Shown here in pieces: positions 47,355 to 57,153 of a stretch of 64,000 nt of DNA. The translations under genes and the position numbers were made by a program. The DNA is from a virus. A model generated the notes under the pieces. That model was not told where the DNA came from. It searched no databases and saw only the letters and a list, made by a program, of their open reading frames with translations. The DNA is taken from IMG/VR virus record IMGVR_UViG_3300010263_000119, one strand, 5' to 3'. The number at the start of each line of letters is the position of its first letter. The first letter of the stretch is position 1.

Positions 47355-50300
47355 TTGAACATGGAAAATAGCAAGATTATCACGGATGGGCTCTCCATTT
47401 TAAGGAACACACTTGCTCCTTACATAGGCAGAGAACTTGGATTGGAGTTTGGCACGAATATCTGGTGGCGTGAAGGTGTTATGAAAGTCCTACGTGAAGA
47501 GCAAAAGCGCAATTTGCCAACTGAAGGTGACTTTGCCACGTTGACAGATTCCCTGGACATAGCCATGTGCCTTCTATTGTTTGATATCCACTGGCAGTAT
47601 GTTTTTAAAAAGAAACTATCCATAGACCATCGTACTTGGGCAAAAGAACTTATAGGTGTTCGTAATCGCCTGGCACACATTGGCGGTCAAGATTTCACTG
47701 ATGATGACACTTGGCGAGCACTGGATACTATGTCAAGATTATGCGAGCAAATAGACCCTGAAAGCTCGGAAGAAATTCGTGTGCTTTTGCGTAAGTACCG
47801 TTATGGTTCTGTGCATGGTTCAACAATGGTTGTTACAAGCGGAATTGATTCTAGTATGCCGGGACAAGCTGCAGGGCGTGCAAATCGTAACAATGTATTA
47901 GTTTCAACTCCTGTACAAGGGCTCCCCAGTTGGCGTGATGTAATCGAACCTCACCCTGACGTGGCACAGGGGCGTTATAAGAATGCTGAGTTCGCCGCAG
48001 ACCTTGCGCAGGTCGCACGTGGCGAAGGCGCATATGAATATCGCGACCCGGTAGAGTTCTTTGCACGAACATATATAACAGAAGGCATGGCAGGGCTTTT
48101 GGAACAAGCGCTCCGCCGCATTTGCGGCAAGGACGGAGAACCTGTCATTCAGCTTAAAACAGCATTCGGCGGTGGAAAGACTCATAGTATGCTCGCGCTC
48201 TATCACATGATGCGTGGTACAGTTTCCATTGAGAAAATTCCAAATATTAAGCCGGTACTTGAGCGGGCAGGAGTAAACTCCCTTCCAAAAGCGAATGTTG
48301 CTGTGCTTGTAGGTACTGCACTTGACCCTACTAAAAGCAAGCGTCCAAACTATCTGCCGGGCATTACCATTAATACATTGTGGGGAGAAATGGCTGCACA
48401 GCTTGCGTCATCAGCAGGAAATCCTGCTTTATATGACTTTGTAAAAGAATCAGATAAAAAAGGTGTTTCGCCCGGCTCAGAAGTGTTGAAGAACCTCTTC
48501 GATGCCGCCGCCCCCTGTCTTATCCTTATGGACGAGTTGGTCGCCTATGCAAAGAAACTCTACGGCGCAAATGATCTTCCGGCAGGAACATTTGACAATT
48601 TTATTTCATTTATTCAGGAAGTAACTGAGGCAGCAAGGGCTTCTAAGAACAGTCTTGTCGTTGCATCCATACCCGAATCTGACATTGAAATTGGCGGAGA
48701 AGCGGGCAAGACCGCTCTTGAAACAATAGAGCATACCTTTGGTCGTATGGAATCTATTTGGAAACCCGTAGCTGCTAATGAGGGGTTTGAGGTTGTACGC
48801 CGACGCCTATTCCTCAACTGTAAGAACCCTGATGCACGGGATGCTGTATGTTCAGCTTTTTCCGCAATGTACAATGAGAATGAGACTGACTTCCCCGTAG
48901 AAGCACGTGAATTAGAATATAAGGAACGCATGATATCTTGCTATCCCATACATCCAGAAGTTTTTGACCGCCTTTATAAGGATTGGTCTACTCTCGAACG
49001 TTTCCAGCGCACCCGTGGTGTTCTGCGTCTGATGGCAGCAGTTGTTTATGAGTTATGGATGGGAAATGATGCAAGTTTGATGATTATGCCCGGTTCCATC
49101 CCTCTTGATGTGCCAAATGTGCGTGATGAGCTTACTCGTCATCTTTCTGATAATTGGAATGGCATTGTTGACAAGGAAGTAGACGGCAAAGAATCCATCC
49201 CATTTAAAACCGATAAAAACGCAAGATATGGCAGACATCTTGCAGCACGCCGTGTAGCAAGAACCATTATGCTCGGCTCTGCTCCAACAGGACGTGAACA
49301 AGTAGTAAGAGGTATCGAGAGTTCACGCATTCGTCTTGGTGTAGTGCAGCCTGGTGAAAACATTTCCGTGTTCAATGATGCATTAAACACACTACGCACT
49401 TCCCTATCATACCTTTACACAAATCCGTCAGGCGACAGATTCTGGTATGACAGTCGTCCTACCTTGAGAAAGACCGCTGATGACCGTGCTACGCAAGTTC
49501 CATCGTCTGAAGTAGAATATGAAATCGAGAAAAGACTTCGTGCCCTTCGCAAAGAAGCACCGTTTGCCGGCGTTCATCCTTGTCCGGCTTCCTCGCTTGA
49601 TGTTACGGATGAGCAGGCAGTACGTCTTGTTATCTTGCGTCCTTCTGATGAATACAAAGCGTCGAATGTGAATAATGCCGCAATGACCGCAGTTATGGAT
49701 ATTTTAAATAACCGAGGAAACACCCCTCGCATTTATCGTAATATGTTGGCATTCATTGCACCAGATCAAGACTTAATGGCCAGCCTCAAGCAAGCAGTGC
49801 GGCAATATCTTGCTTGGAAGTCTATTAAAGAAGACAGCGAGGACTTAAACCTTGATGCAGCACAAAATCGTGAAACATTAAACAATTTAAATCGTGCCGA
49901 TGAGACTGTTGATGCTCGTATCAAAGAAACATACTGTTGGCTTCTTGTACCGTATATTGATAAAACCGTCGATATAAAAAACATTATATGGGAAACAATC
50001 CGAATTAGTGGAGGTAATGAAAATATTATTACAAAAGCAGCAAAGAAAATGCTACAAAATGAGCAAATCATTACCCGCTGGGCACCAGCACTACTGAAAA
50101 TGGAGCTTGACAATGTATTGTGGCGTGATTCCGATAATATTTCTATCAAAAAACTGTGGGAATACCTTTGCACATACTGCTATCTGCCTCGTTTGGCAAA
50201 TGAGAATGTGCTATTAGAAGCCATCCAAACTGGCGTAAACTCTACGGAATATTTTGCTTTTGCTTCCGGGTTTGACGGTACACGATATATAGATCTTAAG

Positions 50301-50771
50301 CTTAACCAATATGTTGGGTTCATTGAAAAATCAGGCTATCTTGTAAAAATTGATGTTGCTCAAAAGCAAATGGCCGAAGAAGCGGCAAAACGTCAATCGG
50401 ACATAGGTGTTCCTAACACAGATTACCTCACCAAAACTGCGGATCTCTATACAAATGGCAACAATAATAATCCTTATACTACATCAGACAAAAGTAGCTC
50501 AGTCCACGAAAATAACGCTCCTCCTGAGTCCGCACCGAAAAACAGAAGGTTCTTTATGTCTGCTGATCTTGACATTACGCGAATAAATCGAGATGTTCAG
50601 AAATATGTTGAGGAAATCATTCAGCATCTAGCTTCGGTGGATGGAGCAAAGGTTTCAGTTTCACTTGAAGTCGAAGCTGAATCACCAGAGGGCTTTAACC
50701 AACAAATTGTGCGAACTATTTCGGAGAACTGCCGAACACTTCGTGTACGTGAATCCGGATTTGAGGAATAG
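47355..50771 (+). CDS. Swt1-like HEPN domain fused to DUF499 AAA+ ATPase
   Basis: RNRLAH (RxxxxH); LKTAFGGGKTHSM, LMDELVAY, YPIHPE. Confidence 0.9.
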   Translation: MNMENSKIITDGLSILRNTLAPYIGRELGLEFGTNIWWREGVMKVLREEQKRNLPTEGDFATLTDSLDIAMCLLLFDIHWQYVFKKKLSIDHRTWAKELIGVRNRLAHIGGQDFTDDDTWRALDTMSRLCEQIDPESSEEIRVLLRKYRYGSVHGSTMVVTSGIDSSMPGQAAGRANRNNVLVSTPVQGLPSWRDVIEPHPDVAQGRYKNAEFAADLAQVARGEGAYEYRDPVEFFARTYITEGMAGLLEQALRRICGKDGEPVIQLKTAFGGGKTHSMLALYHMMRGTVSIEKIPNIKPVLERAGVNSLPKANVAVLVGTALDPTKSKRPNYLPGITINTLWGEMAAQLASSAGNPALYDFVKESDKKGVSPGSEVLKNLFDAAAPCLILMDELVAYAKKLYGANDLPAGTFDNFISFIQEVTEAARASKNSLVVASIPESDIEIGGEAGKTALETIEHTFGRMESIWKPVAANEGFEVVRRRLFLNCKNPDARDAVCSAFSAMYNENETDFPVEARELEYKERMISCYPIHPEVFDRLYKDWSTLERFQRTRGVLRLMAAVVYELWMGNDASLMIMPGSIPLDVPNVRDELTRHLSDNWNGIVDKEVDGKESIPFKTDKNARYGRHLAARRVARTIMLGSAPTGREQVVRGIESSRIRLGVVQPGENISVFNDALNTLRTSLSYLYTNPSGDRFWYDSRPTLRKTADDRATQVPSSEVEYEIEKRLRALRKEAPFAGVHPCPASSLDVTDEQAVRLVILRPSDEYKASNVNNAAMTAVMDILNNRGNTPRIYRNMLAFIAPDQDLMASLKQAVRQYLAWKSIKEDSEDLNLDAAQNRETLNNLNRADETVDARIKETYCWLLVPYIDKTVDIKNIIWETIRISGGNENIITKAAKKMLQNEQIITRWAPALLKMELDNVLWRDSDNISIKKLWEYLCTYCYLPRLANENVLLEAIQTGVNSTEYFAFASGFDGTRYIDLKLNQYVGFIEKSGYLVKIDVAQKQMAEEAAKRQSDIGVPNTDYLTKTADLYTNGNNNNPYTTSDKSSSVHENNAPPESAPKNRRFFMSADLDITRINRDVQKYVEEIIQHLASVDGAKVSVSLEVEAESPEGFNQQIVRTISENCRTLRVRESGFEE

Positions 50772-50856
50772 GCGATTAGTTATGAACGAAACGATCAACT
50801 GATTCCAATAAAGCAATCAACACTTTCTCGAAAAATCAATAATCCAACGATAACCC

Positions 50857-50903
50857 AAAAAACAAACGATAGCTTGGATTTTCAAAGCTATCGTTTGTTT
50901 TTT
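50857..50903. terminator. Bidirectional intrinsic terminator
   Basis: Perfect 19-bp arms AAAAAACAAACGATAGCTT / AAGCTATCGTTTGTTTTTT. Confidence 0.85.
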
Positions 50904-50938
50904 GCAACAACACCATATAAAAACCATCATGATAGGCG

Positions 50939-51121
50939 TCAAAAACAGGACTCCATGTGCTGCAGTTGAACGCCCTATGGCTTGAAAAGCCCTATTTTAA
51001 GCCATTTTCAAGGCATAAAGCAAAAACTCCAACTTTGAAAAAATTGTATCAAAGTTGGAGTACTTATTTGGCAAAGATGGTCAGCTTTAATACAAATGCA
51101 CCCATTTCAAAAATGGGTGCA
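50939..51121 (-). other. Candidate att junction between the two elements
   Basis: IRs at 51026-51061 (13-bp arms) and 51097-51121 (11-bp arms); degenerate rlmD/rumA-3'-like frame GVQLQHMESCF*. Confidence 0.45.
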
Positions 51122-51228
51122 AAATAACCAAATTGAAGTTATTTACAAATTACAATTTGTTTTTTTGATATAATATGGTATAATAATGTAAAAATATAGA
51201 AAGGAGCCGGCAATTGTGAAGATTATGT

Positions 51229-52395
51229 TCATTCAAAAAGATCATGGATTTTACCCATTACATTAGACATATAACTTCTTGCACTTTGATTAAAACCACT
51301 ATCAGGATATTTCTTCACTAATTCGATTTCAACACCTAGAAGAAAATTGAAACACTCCTTAAAAAATGTAGTAGACAAATCATGCTTATTTGCTTTATCT
51401 CCCATTATCAAGATAATTTCCCAAAACCCTCCCCGTTCACCGGGATTTAAATCACACATGATACTAATCATTTCTTTTAAATCACTATCAGTCTGCATTA
51501 ACTGTATTATTTCATATCCATCTATGCCTAAATTAATCTCTAAAAAGCTCAAGATGTAATTGAGCATTTCCGCTTTATCGTAAATACTAAGTGTTGACTG
51601 CTTAATCACTTCATAAATTATTCCAATGCTGAAAAATTCAAAGCATTGATTAATATCCAACTCCTCACTATCACCACTTTCATAAGCAAGAATCTGATAA
51701 ATTTCTTTCATTCTTTGATGATAATCAATAAACGAAACCTCGCACATGTAATCAAAGCCTTCTTCCGGTAAACTTTGACACTCTTCAAATTGATGGTGAA
51801 TGGCATCAATAAATTCCTCACAGATTGGCAAAGCGACTTCACTGTCTGATTTTCCTAAAATCGCAAATCGCATTACAATAGATGAAAACAATTCTATAAT
51901 TTCAGACAATATTTTTATATCACTATTTGTTTTATACATAGCTTTAAAGAAGAGTCGCCAAAAAGTGCCTACTTTAGAATTCGAAATACCTACTAAAGCT
52001 TCGAGATATTGGCTTGTCTGATTATGGCTTTTCACTGCTACAAGAAAATCGTATTTAGAAAAGTTTACGTTAAGCGTTTTGAAAAACAATTCCAACAGTT
52101 TGTTTTGTTCCGCGGTTGGCGGGAAAACTTGCGCTTGCAAAACTTTCAGGAAAGCATAAAACGAAAGCGTAAGACTACCTCCTGCAATATCATTAGGTAT
52201 ATAATCTGATGTATAAGCTTTAGTTGCAACAGCAGTGATTACTTCAAACATATCAGCCGCGGCATCAGCAATTTCTTCATTACACTTTTGATAAAAGTTT
52301 CTCTGTTTCTCCTTTTGTTTCTGCTTATCCCTATAATAATCACGCACCGCCATTGATGTTGAAAAGATTAAGGCATCCCAAAATCCAAAAGCCAC
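51229..52395 (-). CDS. Hypothetical all-alpha protein
   Basis: 388-aa intact ORF, no recognised motif. Confidence 0.65.
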   Translation of the reverse strand: MAFGFWDALIFSTSMAVRDYYRDKQKQKEKQRNFYQKCNEEIADAAADMFEVITAVATKAYTSDYIPNDIAGGSLTLSFYAFLKVLQAQVFPPTAEQNKLLELFFKTLNVNFSKYDFLVAVKSHNQTSQYLEALVGISNSKVGTFWRLFFKAMYKTNSDIKILSEIIELFSSIVMRFAILGKSDSEVALPICEEFIDAIHHQFEECQSLPEEGFDYMCEVSFIDYHQRMKEIYQILAYESGDSEELDINQCFEFFSIGIIYEVIKQSTLSIYDKAEMLNYILSFLEINLGIDGYEIIQLMQTDSDLKEMISIMCDLNPGERGGFWEIILIMGDKANKHDLSTTFFKECFNFLLGVEIELVKKYPDSGFNQSARSYMSNVMGKIHDLFE

Positions 52396-52466
52396 AATAA
52401 ATCCACTCCTTTTTCTATCAACTGAATATTATTAAGTAACTTGTACCATATAATAATTCACCTTTT

Positions 52467-52970
52467 TTACGCAAATATTAGTTGTGCTGCTCGGTCAAAA
52501 TCGTAATTTAAATTAACCATTGTAATTTTTTCGCCCACAGCTGCAGTAATTTTATTTTCAATAGATTTTATTGAATACCCATTGGTTATAGATATGTATT
52601 TTATTGTCCATCCTCTGTTTTGGTTTCTTTCCGCTTTCAATATTCTAATTCCTTCAAATTCAGATATCAAATCAGATGCAATTTTGACTATTTCATGTGG
52701 CCGGTTATCAACCTCATTTTTAGGCCTTTTTCGTTTAATCTTCGGCAGAAAGTAGAAACAGCCTTTTTCAATACAGTTATGTTCTTTTATATGTTTTTTT
52801 GTAAGAAATCCACTGTGCCTAGAATATTGACAGTAACCAACACAATTTCCGCTGCCGGTTATGCGCCCGTCTATGCACCGCCGAATACATTTGCTGCCGC
52901 TTTTCTTTTCATAATACAAATAATCTTTGTGAGGTATAATTGTTGTGTTTGCACTGTTATTAAACATCAA
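52467..52970 (-). CDS. Cys/His metal-binding hypothetical protein
   Basis: CVGYC...H.GFLT...KEHNC..KGC; overlaps the upstream stop. Confidence 0.65.
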   Translation of the reverse strand: MMFNNSANTTIIPHKDYLYYEKKSGSKCIRRCIDGRITGSGNCVGYCQYSRHSGFLTKKHIKEHNCIEKGCFYFLPKIKRKRPKNEVDNRPHEIVKIASDLISEFEGIRILKAERNQNRGWTIKYISITNGYSIKSIENKITAAVGEKITMVNLNYDFDRAAQLIFA

Positions 52971-53299
52971 CGTGCCTCCCCTCTATTGAACGACTGCCTG
53001 ATTTTATGTATTTCACGACAGGATTTACAACGTTTGGGTTGATGAAAGCCCTTCATTTCATAAAAACGTTGTTCTCCAATTGAAAACACAAACTCTTTTC
53101 CACAATCTCGACAGTGCAACTTTTTGTCTTTGTTTTCATTTTTTTCTTTAGGTGCCACCTTCACCCCATTGGGAACGAGCTTATTTGATATTTTTGTTGA
53201 ACGTGACATTTCGATATAACTGATTTTGTGTTTTTTATTTTGCTCTATTCGCTCAAGAAAAATTTCGTAATTATCCTCAAAATACTTTGCCAAACCCAT
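52967..53299 (-). CDS. Zinc-ribbon protein (zf-trcl-like)
   Basis: CRDCGKEFVFSIGEQRFYEMKGFHQPKRCKSCR. Confidence 0.85.
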   Translation of the reverse strand: MGLAKYFEDNYEIFLERIEQNKKHKISYIEMSRSTKISNKLVPNGVKVAPKEKNENKDKKLHCRDCGKEFVFSIGEQRFYEMKGFHQPKRCKSCREIHKIRQSFNRGEAR

Positions 53300-53403
53300 A
53301 GTTACAACCCCCTTATTTTTTATAAGACAATTATAACAGGCGCGTATTTTAATCTGTATTTTTCATTGAAAAGCACAAACACCATATAAGCTTCAAGCAT
53401 AAG

Positions 53404-56400
53404 TCACGGATTATATTTAAAGCCTGTAATACTTTCTATTTTAGATGTATATTCATTAATGATATGCTTATAGTTTTCTAACGCTTTACTCTCTTTAGAG
53501 TCTTCGTCTTTGAAAATTGACCATAATAACCTTTCTTCAGGCGATGGCGGAAGCAAATCCTCCTTTGCTTTTGATGCTACATCAACTATTTTTTTATAAT
53601 AACTGTACATCCACGATTCATCATAGTCGCTGTATGTCTTAAGTCTTTTTTTAACCATATTTGTGTAGTCTAATAAATACGGTAATACAATATCCGCGCA
53701 TGACATATTGCTAAGCCGATTAACTGCACCCCAGAAATATAAATCCGCTTCAATATCATGTTCAAACTTAATTAAAGCATCATCAGAAAGGTAAGATATG
53801 TACGTCTTGGAATGTTCAATTAATTTTTCCAAGAAAGTACGGATTTGAGCCTTATCCTCCAAAATACAATGCATAACCGCATTAATAGAATACAGTTCAG
53901 CCTTTGCATCTTCGACATTAATAGGGAGTATCTCACCATCATCACATGGAAAATCGTCTAATATTAGACTATCATTTAACTTGTCATTAAGTCTTTCAGA
54001 CGTCAAAGCAAGCAGCTTCTTATCTTCTTCAGATAATTCTTTGTCAGATGCAGCATCCACGAAAGAACGGTATCTATCAATTGCATTACACAATCTTTTG
54101 GCGGAATCAATATTTTGTATAGCCTCCAGAAAATCAGGTAAATCTAATGTAGCAAATTCTCCTCCAAATACATCTAAAAGCCAATCGTCTTGTTCCTTGC
54201 GTAAGTTGACTCTCTCAGGTGCATCTATATAAATAGACGCCATAAAATACTTCCAACCAATTCTAAACATATGTTCTGATATGCCGATAGGATCTGGTGC
54301 AAAATCCTGCGGATCAATCGCTTCGACGTTTTCAAACCTATCGGCACAAACAGAAAATAATTCTTTTCGCAAAGCATATAATTCATCATCAATAATGAAA
54401 GGTACCTTCAAGCCATTTAGCATTATTTTACCAAGCACTCTGTATATATATTCTTTGCGCTCATCATCCTTCATTACTTTTGTTTGCCTTTTTACTTGGT
54501 TAAGAAAGTGTCTCTCATAATCAGAATTTATAAACACATTTACTTCAAAAGATTTGGATGGTGTGACGTTCGTCTTAATACATGCAGGCTGTAACTCAAG
54601 AATTTTATCTATTAATTTAGGATTCATCATTTGGCAGCGTACCGAACTGTGAGTACAATGCACAAACGGGCGGCATAGGTCATCAATCAATCGGCCATCC
54701 TCTATTGAGTGTTTTTCAATCTCTTTAAGTGCATGATAAAAAAATTTTTCTGCCCTCTTCATACTTTCAATATGAATGTCTTCTACAGGAGCAAAAAGTT
54801 CCACCCTTGTTTGGTAGCAAAACACTGTCAATAAAACAATATCAGCCTTAACTTTTGAAACTGCATCCATCATCCCATCGCGAGAATAGATATTTAGAAA
54901 ATGAAGTATATGATTCGTATATTCATTCCAGATATAATGTGCCGCACTCTCTTCACCGCCAAGCATACGGTACAACAAATCAATAAAGTATTCTTGCGTA
55001 CTATGATTCGATAAATTAGAGTTTACAATTATTTTGAAAATACAGCAAAAACTATATTCTGCTCTATCCTGATTAATTACATCATCATAATTGATTTTCG
55101 ATAAAAAATCCTTTGGCTTAAAAAACTCTTGTTCTATGAACATCTTTACAATATTGCAGTCAATAATTGACGGATTTACATCATAATCAATCGTATCTTT
55201 AATAACATCACTGATTGTTAATGTGTCTGTAATTGTCCAAAAATTGTGGTCGATAAAACCTCTTTCGATAAGTGCGTTGAGGGCATTTATTCTTTCGCTT
55301 ACAGGAACAGCTTTATCGATGGAGACTATTTCTCTGATTTGTTTTTTTGTAAGATTCAAACAGCTTAAGTGATAGAGCAACAACAGCATTTCAGATTGCT
55401 GAGTTGTAAGCTTTGTCAGTTTAAATAATTCAGTCATGGCCTTAGCAACAGTTTGCTTTATGCGTATACCATCTTTTGTATTCAATATATCTTCCGTTTT
55501 GTCAAATTCAGATAAACCGGCGTATACTTTGTCATATAGCTCTTCCAACGAATAATCGCCACTTTTAAGCAACTTTGCCAATAGAACCAAATAATAAGTG
55601 CATTGCTTACCCATGCGAATGATCGGCATATATTTTATATATTCTTCATCTCTTAATGTCCTAGAAGACTCAATCTCAAAAATTGTACGAAGTTCGTTTA
55701 GAGCCATTCCTTCAATTTTGATACATGGTATGTCGGGATACACATTGGAAAAATCTGTACGCGTTATGATTATCGTATTGCCTCCTAAAGATAGCAGCCG
55801 CTCCAGATATTCATCTTCATCCAGTGCCACGTCAAAGTTATCCAGTACAAGTAGAGTTCTGGAATCACAAAGCTCTTCTATAGCATTTAACTTTTCGTTC
55901 ATATCAATAATGCCTTTAATTTTAATACTTCTTAACGTTTCCAGAATAGATCCATTATAACGTAAGAAAACAATTGCATCATATTTATCTGCAAAAATTT
56001 CGATATATCGTTTTGCAAGTTCACTTTTACCGATGCCTCCAGGTCCAAAAACAAAAACCTTACCATTTTTTTTTAAAGCATTATGAAGTTCTTCAAGTTC
56101 GTTATTTCTGCCAACAAAATGACAAGTACTCACTGGAAAAGAAGAAATGATGTATGGTTTTCCACTGGTTATAACGTAAAGTAACTCTTCCAATGCTGCT
56201 GATAGCTCACTCGCCTTTTGATAACGTTTTTTCACATTAGAAGCAAGCGTCTTGTGAAAAATCTCCGTCAAAAGCCTTTTGGCTTTCGGATTAACGTGTT
56301 TGGTATCGAAACGATTGTCAAACTCCCATTTTGCTAAAGAGCTCATGTCACTGTTACTGACTTGACGTTTCATTATCCGTTCAAACAAAACAGCTCCAAC

Positions 56401-57129
56401 AGAGAACAAGTCAGTTGCAGGGCACAATTTACTAATCTGTTGCATCACCTGTTCCGGGGCGGCCCAGCCTTTGGAATATGATACTCTTTTTATCATTTTA
56501 TTTGTTATATTATTAATAGGTACTAGTGTATCAAAATCAAATAAAGCAATATTTTTACCCTTGCCGGTGTGATCTTTCGTTACAATAAAATTGCTCGGTT
56601 TCACATCTAAATGTAGATAACCATTTTGATGATATCTATCAATCGCGTTTGTCAAAGCAAGAGCCGTGCTGATAATATCTTCAATATCTTCCGACGTGTC
56701 CTTATCATAGCTAATACCGTTCTCTGGGATCATTGCAATATACTTAGTATTGTTATACTCAAAAATATCAAGTGAATAAACAACTGTGCTTTTTGTGAAG
56801 TTAAAATTCTGCATCTGGCTGGCAATCTGATAAGACTGCGTAAAGTGAGTAAAGGCAAATTCTTTATCGCTATCATTCTCCCAAATCAGAACATTATCAT
56901 TTCTTGTAATGTTTAATGCAGCAGGATAGCATTCTTTCAACTTAACGTTTTTTTTGTTACCAAATCCATCCTCATAATGTGCATCATATACAATGCAGTT
57001 TGCACCAAAACCAATTATTTCATCAATGATATATTTTTTATATGAACCAACCTCTGAGCCAATCAATAAAGGACTTCGTCTCACTATGTATATTTCTCCT
57101 TTCATAAATTTTTCTATCATATCAAACAT
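53404..57129 (-). CDS. Ser/Thr kinase - STAND (NB-ARC-like) NTPase - helical C-terminal fusion
   Basis: GFGANCIVY, KLKE, HLDVKPSN, DFD, WAAPE, DLFSVG; FVGRNNEL, GPGGIGKS, LLVLDN. Confidence 0.88.
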   Translation of the reverse strand: MFDMIEKFMKGEIYIVRRSPLLIGSEVGSYKKYIIDEIIGFGANCIVYDAHYEDGFGNKKNVKLKECYPAALNITRNDNVLIWENDSDKEFAFTHFTQSYQIASQMQNFNFTKSTVVYSLDIFEYNNTKYIAMIPENGISYDKDTSEDIEDIISTALALTNAIDRYHQNGYLHLDVKPSNFIVTKDHTGKGKNIALFDFDTLVPINNITNKMIKRVSYSKGWAAPEQVMQQISKLCPATDLFSVGAVLFERIMKRQVSNSDMSSLAKWEFDNRFDTKHVNPKAKRLLTEIFHKTLASNVKKRYQKASELSAALEELLYVITSGKPYIISSFPVSTCHFVGRNNELEELHNALKKNGKVFVFGPGGIGKSELAKRYIEIFADKYDAIVFLRYNGSILETLRSIKIKGIIDMNEKLNAIEELCDSRTLLVLDNFDVALDEDEYLERLLSLGGNTIIITRTDFSNVYPDIPCIKIEGMALNELRTIFEIESSRTLRDEEYIKYMPIIRMGKQCTYYLVLLAKLLKSGDYSLEELYDKVYAGLSEFDKTEDILNTKDGIRIKQTVAKAMTELFKLTKLTTQQSEMLLLLYHLSCLNLTKKQIREIVSIDKAVPVSERINALNALIERGFIDHNFWTITDTLTISDVIKDTIDYDVNPSIIDCNIVKMFIEQEFFKPKDFLSKINYDDVINQDRAEYSFCCIFKIIVNSNLSNHSTQEYFIDLLYRMLGGEESAAHYIWNEYTNHILHFLNIYSRDGMMDAVSKVKADIVLLTVFCYQTRVELFAPVEDIHIESMKRAEKFFYHALKEIEKHSIEDGRLIDDLCRPFVHCTHSSVRCQMMNPKLIDKILELQPACIKTNVTPSKSFEVNVFINSDYERHFLNQVKRQTKVMKDDERKEYIYRVLGKIMLNGLKVPFIIDDELYALRKELFSVCADRFENVEAIDPQDFAPDPIGISEHMFRIGWKYFMASIYIDAPERVNLRKEQDDWLLDVFGGEFATLDLPDFLEAIQNIDSAKRLCNAIDRYRSFVDAASDKELSEEDKKLLALTSERLNDKLNDSLILDDFPCDDGEILPINVEDAKAELYSINAVMHCILEDKAQIRTFLEKLIEHSKTYISYLSDDALIKFEHDIEADLYFWGAVNRLSNMSCADIVLPYLLDYTNMVKKRLKTYSDYDESWMYSYYKKIVDVASKAKEDLLPPSPEERLLWSIFKDEDSKESKALENYKHIINEYTSKIESITGFKYNP

Positions 57130-57153
57130 ATTTTATTATGCCTTTTTTGGCAT

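Larger units (their letters stand above)
1..50903 (-). mobile_element. Temperate prophage (HK97-type head, contractile Xkd-like tail, serine-integrase type); left end outside window; right end uncertain (~40.7 kb or ~50.9 kb if the defence operon is its cargo)
   Basis: Complete ordered modules: integration, lysis, tail, head, packaging, replication, immunity. Confidence 0.93.
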
